A DNA stretch of 32,000 nt from the NCBI RefSeq assembly GCF_000091665.1, contig NC_000909.1, positions 122,871 to 154,870 of the forward strand. The letters run 5' to 3'. Of the stretch, positions 24,426 to 32,000 are shown piece after piece. The position numbers were made by a program, and so were the translations under genes. Below the pieces are notes generated by a model, which saw nothing but the letters and a program-made list of their open reading frames with translations, made no database searches and was not told where the DNA came from. Every line of letters starts with the position of its first letter. Position 1 is the stretch's first letter. Origin of the DNA: Methanocaldococcus jannaschii DSM 2661. Lineage in GTDB: Archaea > AGJL01 > Methanococci > Methanococcales > Methanocaldococcaceae.

Positions 24426-26672
24426 TTGAAAATTCGTTTATATGGTGAAACGATGGTCGTGGGCAATATAATAGAAGGAGGGAAAACAGTTCTAAATTTA
24501 ACAAAAGAAATCTTAGAGAAAGAAGATGAGAACCTAAAAGTATCTTATCCTGGAACAAATTACAACCTACCAATTATATACGGTCTTTTAGGTAAAAAGA
24601 TAGAGACAGTCAAAGACTTAAAAGAATTAATTAACTCACTTGAGATAAAAGATGAAGAAACGTTAGAAAATGCGTTAGATGCTGGAGTTGTAACATTAAT
24701 ATGTGCTGAAGCGATTGAGGCTTTAAAATATGCAAAGAGTGAAAAACCTTACAAAGAGCCATATGTTGGCTTTATTCCTGATGAAATTTTGAGAGGTTTA
24801 GGAGTTCCTCTCGTAGAAGGAAAAATCCCTGCAATTTTAGTAGTTATTGGAAAAGTTGGAGATAAAGAGAAGCTAAAAAAACTCATAGATGACATAAAAA
24901 AGAGAAATATTTTGGCGTTATTAGTTGGAGATATAGTTAAAGAGATGGATGAAGCTGACATTGAGTATGGTTTAGACAAACTCCTTGTTCCAGTTGGAAA
25001 TGAAATAACCTCAGCAATACACGCTGCAAACTTGGCTATAAGAGCTCCATTAATATTTGGAGGAATTGAGCCTGGAAAAACAGAAGAAATTATAGACTAT
25101 CTAAAAAACAGAGTTCCAGCTGTTGTTGTAGCTTTGGGAGAGTTGGATAACATAACCTTAGCCGCTGGAGCTGGATGTATAAAAGCTGGAGTCCCAGTTA
25201 TAACCAACAATGAGGTTCCAGTTATTAAAGGAGCTTTAGAGAGTTCAGACATTGATAATATAGTAGAAAATGCCCTAAAAATGAAAGGCGTTAAGGTTAA
25301 GGTAGTTGAATTTGACATCCCTGTCTCTGTTGGGCCGATGAATGAGGGGGAGAGAGTTAGGGGCCCTGATATGTATGTTGAACTTGCAGGGCCGAAGAGT
25401 TATGGTTTTGAGTTGGTAAAAGTTGTAAATAAAGCAGAGGATAAGGTTGAAATTATAGGAAAAGATATTGATGAGATGGAAGAGGGTAGTAGAAACCCAT
25501 TCGCTATAATTGTTGAAGTTAGTGGAAGTAATTTGGAGGAAGATTTAGAAGGAGTTTTAGAAAGAAGAATCCATGAGTTTTTAAATTACATAGAAGGAGT
25601 AATGCACCTAAACCAAAGAGACCAAGTATGGATAAGAATAAATAAAAACTCGTTTAACAAAGGTTTAAGACTAAAACACATTGGTGAAGTTGTAAAACAA
25701 CTCTTTAAAGAACATTTCCCAATTGTTGAGAAGTGTAATGTAATTATTATAACAGACCCAGATAAGGTTAAAGAAGAGTTAGAGAAAGCCAAAGAGATTT
25801 ACAAAAAGAGAGATGAAAAAACAAAATCCATAAGAGAGGAAGATGTTGATGTATTCTACGGCTGTGTAATGTGTCAGAGTTTTGCTCCAACTCATGTATG
25901 TATTATAACACCAGACAGACCTTCCCTCTGTGGAAGTATAAACTACTTAGATGCAAGGGCTGCTGCTAAAATAGACCCTAACGGACCGATATTCGAAATA
26001 CCAAAAGGAGAATGCTTAGATGAAAAGTTAGGAATCTACACAGGTGTGAATGAGGTTGTTAGGGAGAGGTCTCAAGGAAGTGTTGAAGAGATGGCATTAC
26101 ATAGTGCTTTAACAAACCCATGCACATCTTGCGGATGCTTTGAGGCTATTGTCTTCTACATCCCAGAAGTTGATGGATTTGGAGTAGCCCATAGAAACTT
26201 TAGAGGAGAGACACCGTTTGGTTTGCCATTCTCTACTTTAGCTGGGCAGTGTAGTGGTGGAAAGCAGGTTCCTGGGTTCGTTGGTATTTCAATATCTTAT
26301 ATGAAATCCCCTAAGTTCTTACAGGGAGACGGTGGTTGGGAGAGGGTTGTTTGGTTACCGAAAGAGTTAAAAGAGAGAGTTAAAGATGCGATACCAGAAG
26401 AGTTGTATGATAAGATAGCTACAGAAGAAGACGTTAAAACAACTGATGAATTAATCAAGTTCCTAAAAGAAAAAGGACATCCAATAGTTAAAAAGACAGA
26501 GGAAGAAGTTGTTGAAGAAGTCGAAGAAGAGAAAGAAGAGGTTAAAGCTACTGAAGAGGAAAAAGAAGGCATTGAAGTTGGTGAGTTAATAACCAAGTTA
26601 GCAAAAGAGGGAGGAATCCAAATTATTATGAAGAACGTCAAGATTGTGATAAATCTCAATGTGAAAAGATAA
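24426..26672 (+). CDS. cdhC: CO dehydrogenase/acetyl-CoA synthase subunit (ACS/CdhC), long form with N-terminal extension
   Basis: ORF 748 aa; VFYGCVMCQSFAPTHVC and NPCTSCGCFEAI A-cluster cysteines. Confidence 0.95.
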   Translation: MKIRLYGETMVVGNIIEGGKTVLNLTKEILEKEDENLKVSYPGTNYNLPIIYGLLGKKIETVKDLKELINSLEIKDEETLENALDAGVVTLICAEAIEALKYAKSEKPYKEPYVGFIPDEILRGLGVPLVEGKIPAILVVIGKVGDKEKLKKLIDDIKKRNILALLVGDIVKEMDEADIEYGLDKLLVPVGNEITSAIHAANLAIRAPLIFGGIEPGKTEEIIDYLKNRVPAVVVALGELDNITLAAGAGCIKAGVPVITNNEVPVIKGALESSDIDNIVENALKMKGVKVKVVEFDIPVSVGPMNEGERVRGPDMYVELAGPKSYGFELVKVVNKAEDKVEIIGKDIDEMEEGSRNPFAIIVEVSGSNLEEDLEGVLERRIHEFLNYIEGVMHLNQRDQVWIRINKNSFNKGLRLKHIGEVVKQLFKEHFPIVEKCNVIIITDPDKVKEELEKAKEIYKKRDEKTKSIREEDVDVFYGCVMCQSFAPTHVCIITPDRPSLCGSINYLDARAAAKIDPNGPIFEIPKGECLDEKLGIYTGVNEVVRERSQGSVEEMALHSALTNPCTSCGCFEAIVFYIPEVDGFGVAHRNFRGETPFGLPFSTLAGQCSGGKQVPGFVGISISYMKSPKFLQGDGGWERVVWLPKELKERVKDAIPEELYDKIATEEDVKTTDELIKFLKEKGHPIVKKTEEEVVEEVEEEKEEVKATEEEKEGIEVGELITKLAKEGGIQIIMKNVKIVINLNVKR

Positions 26673-26844
26673 ATGCCCTATCATAAACTTTATATTTTAT
26701 GCCAACACTAATTTATTTTTTTAAATTAATAGATACTCATTTTTAAAAATCCCTACAAAACAATTTTTAAAATGCGTAATTTTTTTGTTAAAAGAAAAAT
26801 TCAGTCCTTATTTTCATACCAAACTTGGCTTTAGTCATAACAAA

Positions 26845-26853
26845 CTTTATATA
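26845..26853 (+). promoter_or_regulatory. possible TATA box (ctttatata) upstream of cdhA
   Basis: AT-rich box about 55-60 nt upstream of the GTG start in a 236-bp intergenic gap. Confidence 0.4.
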
Positions 26854-26908
26854 TTAAAGTTTTAAAAACTAACCTTAAATTATAATGATTAATCATGACA
26901 ATTAAGAA

Positions 26909-29236
26909 GTGATGGTTATGGGGAATAACGTAGAAATGGACATTAAAAAACTCCTTACACCATTAGTTAAGATGAAAAACGCAAACATATCCATGAGTAT
27001 AAAGTTTGGAGAAGAAGAGGAAGAAGAATGGGAACCAATGGGACCTACTCCAATGCCAAAAATCCCTACATTAAGACACTGGGACTTTAAGCTCTTAGAG
27101 AGATATCCTCCATTCTATATGCCAATCTGTGATTTATGCTGTCTCTGTACTTTTGGAAAGTGTGATTTAAGCAGAGGGAAGAAAGGAGCTTGTGGTTTAA
27201 ATATCAAAGCTCAACAGGCAAGAATTGTTTTAATTGCCTGCTGTATTGGAGCGGCATGTCATGCTGGACATAGTAGGCATTTAGTTCATCACCTAATTGA
27301 GACGTTGGGAAGAGATTATCCAATAGATTTGGGTAATGAAATAGAGGTTGAGGCACCAATAGCAAGGACAGTAACTGGTATTAAACCAAAAACACTTGGA
27401 GATTTAGAGAAAATCTTAGATTACTGTGAAGAGCAGATAACTCATTTATTATCAGCGGCACATACTGGGCAGGAAGGGGATTACTTAGATTTTGAGAGTA
27501 AAGCGTTACATGCAGGAATGATTGATGATTTAGCAAGAGAAGCAGGAGATTTGGCCCAAATAGTTGCCTACAACATGCCAAAAGGAGATGAAGATGCTCC
27601 TTTAATAGAATTAGGGTTTGGTTGCATAGACAAGAGTAAGCCAGTTATCTTGTGTATTGGGCATAACGTAGTCCCAGGTAGCTACATATTAGAGTATTTA
27701 GAAGAAAACAGTATGGAGGATGAAGTAGAGGTCTGCGGTATCTGTTGTACAGCTATAGACATCACAAGGGTTTCAGATAAACCAAAGGTTGTAGGGCCTT
27801 TATCAAGGCAGTTGATGTTTGTAAGAAGTGGGGTTGCTGATGTTGTAATTGTAGATGAGCAGTGTATTAGAACAGATATCTTAGAGGAGGTTTTAAAAAC
27901 TGGAGCTGTCTTGATAGCAACAAATGAGAAGATGTGTTTGGGATTAGAGGATGTTTCCCACATGGATGAGGATGAAATTATAGGCTATTTATTGAGAAAT
28001 AGGGCAGCTTTACTCTTAGATGAGAAGAAAGTTGGAAAAGTTGCTGTTGAAGTTGCTAAAATAGTTGCTAAGGAGAGAAAGGATAGAAAAACCCTACCAG
28101 ATTTAAATGAAGTTGTTGAGTTGGCAAAACAATGCACTGAATGTGGATGGTGCAACAGAAACTGTCCAAATGCATTTAAAGTTAAGGAAGCAATGGCTTT
28201 AGCAAAACAGGGTAATTTTAAAGGATTCATTGATTTGTATAAGAGATGTTATGGCTGTGGAAGATGTGAAGCTATCTGTCCAAGGAATTTGCCAATAGTT
28301 AGCATGACTACAAAGGTTGGAGAGGCATACTATAAAGACTTAAAGTTCAAGATGAGGGCTGGAAGAGGGCCTATAAAAGATGTTGAAATTAGAAGTGTTG
28401 GAGCTCCAATTGTATTTGGAGATATTCCTGGAGTTGTTGCTTTAGTTGGATGTTCAAACCATCCAAATGGTGAGGAAGAAGTAGCGATGATTGCAAAGGA
28501 GTTCTTGGAGAGGAAGTATATAGTTGTAGCAACTGGTTGTGCAGCAATGGCAATTGGAATGTGGAAAGATAAAGATGGAAAAACATTATATGAGAAGTAT
28601 CCAGGTGAATTTAGGGCTGGAGGTCTTGTAAATTGTGGTTCTTGTCTCTCAAACTGCCACATTACTGGAGCTGCTATAAAAATTGCCAACATCTTTGCCA
28701 AAGTTCCGTTGAGAGGAAACTATGCTGAAGTTGCAGATTACATACTAAACAAAGTTGGAGCTGTTGGTGTTGCATGGGGTGCTATGAGTCAAAAGGCTGC
28801 TGCAATTGCTACTGGAGTCAATAGATGGGGAATCCCTGTTATTTTAGGCCCTCATGGAGCTAAGTATAGAAGGCTGTATTTAAGCAATGGAGAGAAATTC
28901 AAAGTTAAAGATAAAAAAACAGGAGAAATTTTGGAGATAGAGCCAGCTCCAGAGCATTTGATTGTAACTGCTGAGAATGTTAAAGAATGCATCTGCATGA
29001 TTCCAAAGCTATGTATGAGGCCAAACGATACTCCAAAAGGTAGAGCCAATAAGATTTACCACTACGTTGATGTCTATGAAAAATACTTTGGAAGAATGCC
29101 TCCAGATTTAGAGAAATTCGTTAGAACTGAAAAAGACATCCCATTTATGATGAAAGATAAGATAATGGCATACTTAGAAGAAAAAGGATGGAAGCCATTG
29201 GAGAAATATCCACAAGACCCAACAATATTGTATTAA
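26909..29236 (+). CDS. cdhA: CO dehydrogenase alpha subunit (CdhA)
   Basis: ORF 775 aa; [46 protein letters not shown]. Confidence 0.96.
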   Translation: MMVMGNNVEMDIKKLLTPLVKMKNANISMSIKFGEEEEEEWEPMGPTPMPKIPTLRHWDFKLLERYPPFYMPICDLCCLCTFGKCDLSRGKKGACGLNIKAQQARIVLIACCIGAACHAGHSRHLVHHLIETLGRDYPIDLGNEIEVEAPIARTVTGIKPKTLGDLEKILDYCEEQITHLLSAAHTGQEGDYLDFESKALHAGMIDDLAREAGDLAQIVAYNMPKGDEDAPLIELGFGCIDKSKPVILCIGHNVVPGSYILEYLEENSMEDEVEVCGICCTAIDITRVSDKPKVVGPLSRQLMFVRSGVADVVIVDEQCIRTDILEEVLKTGAVLIATNEKMCLGLEDVSHMDEDEIIGYLLRNRAALLLDEKKVGKVAVEVAKIVAKERKDRKTLPDLNEVVELAKQCTECGWCNRNCPNAFKVKEAMALAKQGNFKGFIDLYKRCYGCGRCEAICPRNLPIVSMTTKVGEAYYKDLKFKMRAGRGPIKDVEIRSVGAPIVFGDIPGVVALVGCSNHPNGEEEVAMIAKEFLERKYIVVATGCAAMAIGMWKDKDGKTLYEKYPGEFRAGGLVNCGSCLSNCHITGAAIKIANIFAKVPLRGNYAEVADYILNKVGAVGVAWGAMSQKAAAIATGVNRWGIPVILGPHGAKYRRLYLSNGEKFKVKDKKTGEILEIEPAPEHLIVTAENVKECICMIPKLCMRPNDTPKGRANKIYHYVDVYEKYFGRMPPDLEKFVRTEKDIPFMMKDKIMAYLEEKGWKPLEKYPQDPTILY

Positions 29237-29267
29237 CTCCTAATTCTTTTACTTTAAATTTCTGAAG

Positions 29268-29720
29268 TTGGTGATAGTAATGGATGAGAGATTTATTGCC
29301 TATATCCCAACAGCTGGGAGCAATGTAGCACATGCTGAAATAACATCTCCAACACTTGTTAAGATGATGATTAGAAGGGCTAAAAAACCAATCTTAATAT
29401 TGGGAGAGAATTTGGAGGAAAATGAGAAAGAGCTAATCAGCAAATTAATTGAGAAATTTAACTTAAAAACAATAAAAACACCGGAAGAAATGAATTTAAT
29501 GGCTATAATGAAATATTTGGCAAGTAGTGATTATGATTTAGCCCTATTCACTGGAATAACTTACTATTACTTAGCTCAGGCAGCAACTCATCTAAAACAG
29601 TTCTCAAATGTGGTAACAATATCAATAGACAAATATTATCAGCCAAATACCCTTTATTCATTCCCAAATCTCAGCAAGGAAGAATATTTAGACTATTTGA
29701 GGAAGTTATTGGAGGGGTAG
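29268..29720 (+). CDS. cdhB: CO dehydrogenase/acetyl-CoA synthase epsilon subunit (CdhB); likely start at internal Met
   Basis: ORF 150 aa; position after cdhA and family-like sequence. Confidence 0.88.
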   Translation: MVIVMDERFIAYIPTAGSNVAHAEITSPTLVKMMIRRAKKPILILGENLEENEKELISKLIEKFNLKTIKTPEEMNLMAIMKYLASSDYDLALFTGITYYYLAQAATHLKQFSNVVTISIDKYYQPNTLYSFPNLSKEEYLDYLRKLLEG

Positions 29721-29721
29721 A

Positions 29722-30177
29722 ATGAACCCAAAAATTATCGTCTTAAATCCAGAAAAATGCACCAAATGCTATGACTGTATAAACATCTGTAAAGAGATTC
29801 ATGGAGAGAGTAGAGTAAGGAAGGTTGATGGCATTCCAATATTTTGCATGCAGTGTGAAAACGCTCCCTGTAAAGAGATTTGTCCTGTTGATGCAATCTA
29901 TCTAAAAGATGGCATTCCAATTGTAGATAAGGAGAGATGTATTGCTTGTGGAATGTGTGCAATTGCCTGCCCAATAGGAGCAATATTTATAAAAAACAGG
30001 GTTGCTCATAAATGCACCCTCTGCTTGGATGTTGATAGAATAACTCCAGCCTGTGTAGAGGCTTGTAAGGACAAAGCCCTCTTATTAGTATCAGAAGAAA
30101 CACTTGACATGATGAAAGAAGAGAAAAGAAAAAAAATACTTAAAATTTTGAGAGAAGAAGCTAAAGAAAACCTATAA
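29722..30177 (+). CDS. polyferredoxin / 4Fe-4S dicluster electron-transfer protein
   Basis: ORF 151 aa; CTKCYDCINICKE, CMQCENAPCKEICP, CIACGMCAIACP, CTLCLDV. Confidence 0.92.
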   Translation: MNPKIIVLNPEKCTKCYDCINICKEIHGESRVRKVDGIPIFCMQCENAPCKEICPVDAIYLKDGIPIVDKERCIACGMCAIACPIGAIFIKNRVAHKCTLCLDVDRITPACVEACKDKALLLVSEETLDMMKEEKRKKILKILREEAKENL

Positions 30178-30199
30178 AAACACTTAAAGGTGAGAAAGC

Positions 30200-31609
30200 A
30201 TGTTTGATGATATCCCTGTCTCTGTTGGGCCGATGAATGAGGGGGAGAGAGTTAGGGGCCCTGATATGTATGTTGAACTTGCAGGGCCGAAGAGTTATGG
30301 TTTTGAGTTGGTAAAAGTTGTAAATAAAGCAGAGGATAAGGTTGAAATTATAGGAAAAGATATTGATGAGATGGAAGAGGGTAGTAGAAACCCATTCGCT
30401 ATAATTGTTGAAGTTAGTGGAAGTAATTTGGAGGAAGATTTAGAAGGAGTTTTAGAAAGAAGAATCCATGAGTTTTTAAATTACATAGAAGGAGTAATGC
30501 ACCTAAACCAAAGAGACCAAGTATGGATAAGAATAAATAAGGATTCTTTTAATAAGGGATTGAGATTAAAGCATATTGGAAAAGTCGTTCAAAGATTGTT
30601 TAAGGCAGAGTTTCCGTTTATAGAAAAATGTGATGTAACCATCATAACAGACCCAGAAAAAGTTAAAGAAGAGTTAGAAAAGGCAAGAGAAATTTACAAC
30701 AAAAGAGATGAGAAAACTAAGGCACTGCATGAAGAGGATGTTGATGTATTCTATGGTTGTGTGATGTGTCAAAGTTTCGCTCCAACACACGTGTGTGTTA
30801 TAACTCCAGACAGACCAGCGTTGTGTGGAGGTATAAACTACTTAGATGCAAGGGCTGCTGCTAAAATAGACCCTAACGGACCGATATTTGAAATACCTAA
30901 AGGAGAATGCTTGGATGAAAAGTTAGGAATTTACTCTGGAGTAAATGAAGTTGTTAGAGAAAGGTCTCAAGGAACTGTTGAAGAGGTAACCCTACATAGT
31001 GCATTAGAAAAACCTTGCACATCTTGCGGATGCTTTGAGGCTATTGTCTTCTACATCCCAGAGGTTGATGGATTTGGTATAGCACATAGGGGATATAAAG
31101 GAGAAACTCCAATGGGAATTCCATTCTCTACTTTAGCTGGGCAGTGTAGTGGTGGAAAGCAGGTTCCTGGGTTCGTTGGTATTTCAATATCTTATATGAA
31201 ATCCCCTAAGTTCTTACAGGGAGACGGTGGTTGGGAGAGGGTTGTTTGGTTACCGAAAGAGTTAAAAGAGAGAGTTAAAGATGCGATACCAGAAGAGTTG
31301 TATGATAAGATAGCTACAGAAGAAGACGTTAAAACAACTGATGAATTAATCAAGTTCCTAAAAGAAAAAGGACACCCATGTGCTGAAAGAATAGGTGCTG
31401 AAGTTGAAGAAGAGGCAATTGAAGAGGAAGAAGTAGAAGAAGAGATGGAAGAAGTTGAAGGAATTGAAGTACCAACTATGACTCTTCCAGGAACATTTGC
31501 TGGGCTTCCACCAGGAATAAAAATAGTCTTATACAATGCAGTAATTAAAGCAGAAAAAATAATTATTACAAAAGAAGAGCCAGAAAAGAAGAAGAAAAAG
31601 AAGAAGTAA
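30200..31609 (+). CDS. cdhC: acetyl-CoA synthase subunit CdhC, short form
   Basis: ORF 469 aa; same A-cluster motifs; long perfect DNA matches to 24426..26672. Confidence 0.96.
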   Translation: MFDDIPVSVGPMNEGERVRGPDMYVELAGPKSYGFELVKVVNKAEDKVEIIGKDIDEMEEGSRNPFAIIVEVSGSNLEEDLEGVLERRIHEFLNYIEGVMHLNQRDQVWIRINKDSFNKGLRLKHIGKVVQRLFKAEFPFIEKCDVTIITDPEKVKEELEKAREIYNKRDEKTKALHEEDVDVFYGCVMCQSFAPTHVCVITPDRPALCGGINYLDARAAAKIDPNGPIFEIPKGECLDEKLGIYSGVNEVVRERSQGTVEEVTLHSALEKPCTSCGCFEAIVFYIPEVDGFGIAHRGYKGETPMGIPFSTLAGQCSGGKQVPGFVGISISYMKSPKFLQGDGGWERVVWLPKELKERVKDAIPEELYDKIATEEDVKTTDELIKFLKEKGHPCAERIGAEVEEEAIEEEEVEEEMEEVEGIEVPTMTLPGTFAGLPPGIKIVLYNAVIKAEKIIITKEEPEKKKKKKK

Positions 31610-31779
31610 TTTTTATCTCTTTTACAAAATTTTATTTTCAGTTTTATTTGTATATTTAAATTTATTGATATAATGTGATAAAATAAAATAATAACTATAC
31701 ACCCATATAACCCATTCAAGAATTTCCATTCCTTTTTTTGGGCCATGCATAGGCTTCCACATCCGCTTAGTGTCTGGAT

Positions 31780-32000
31780 ACCCTGCCGGGCCCTTGGGCG
31801 ATTAGTACCGGCGGGCTGAACGCCTCGGGCAAAGCCCTCGGCGCTTACACCCCCGGCCTATCAACCTCCTCTTATAGGAGAGCCCTCGTCCCCGAAGGAC
31901 TGGCCGCCTATTTTCGGGGAGGGTTTCGGGCTTAGATGCCTTCAGCCCTTATCCCTTAGCGCGTAGCTGCCCGGCAATGCCCTGTCGGACAACCGGTAGA
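31780..32000 (-). rRNA. 23S rRNA, 3' part (exact end uncertain, extends beyond window)
   Basis: Reverse complement reads GCTGAAGGCATCTAAGCCCGAAAC...GTTGATAGGCCGGGGGTGTAAGCGC...CGCCGGTACTAATCGCCC, the conserved 23S 3' end. Confidence 0.93.

Noticed and set aside
26297-26659. 120-aa minus-strand ORF, and other antisense ORFs in 24749-29333
   Set aside because: Mirror the codon bias of well-supported plus-strand cdh genes; no independent protein features.
31192-31746. 184-aa minus-strand ORF
   Set aside because: Antisense to cdhC with low-complexity Ser/Phe repeats; shadow ORF.

Overview
From gene content and order I recognise this as a Methanocaldococcus jannaschii-type (hyperthermophilic methanogen) chromosome segment; that is recall, not a database search. 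Minus-strand part, left to right: two tandem MntA/HepT (MNT-HEPN) pairs, a type I restriction-modification cluster with frame breaks in both hsdS and hsdM, a TIM-barrel AP-endonuclease-like gene, a tRNA(m1A58) methyltransferase, RNase HII, then purP on the plus strand, an orphan 16-repeat CRISPR array, an SDH/ClpP-class protein and a CobB/CobQ-like protein. Plus strand: two abutting K+ channel genes, a tRNA-Val(CAC) (minus strand), an IS-derived remnant, a precorrin-2 dehydrogenase / MNT / HEPN / hemA overlapping cluster. Then on the minus strand a Dus-like protein, GTP cyclohydrolase III, ferredoxin, ATPase, cbf5 and an unlisted small membrane ORF; on the plus strand a V4R protein, an Lrp regulator and a CODH/ACS cluster (long cdhC, cdhA, cdhB, polyferredoxin, short cdhC). 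The window ends in the 3' part of a 23S rRNA (minus). The most interesting signal is not a named gene. Three unrelated genes have a small hairpin-rich insert at their extreme 3' end, and each insert is flanked by a direct repeat of the gene's own C-terminal codons. The original C-terminus and stop codon are left stranded downstream. At one locus the stranded copy still overlaps the next gene's start codon (ATGAATAG), and at two loci the copies differ largely by synonymous codon changes, including TCA versus AGT for Ser. The inserts share modular hairpins with each other and with a fourth, intergenic locus, and the stems of one module show covariation. Separately, three palindromes share the same geometry (16-bp outer arms, exactly centred hairpin, 97-109 bp). 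Two perfect gene-conversion-like tracts (329 and 254 bp, same 4895-bp offset) link the two cdhC paralogues. All coordinates were hand-derived and could be off by one or two bases.
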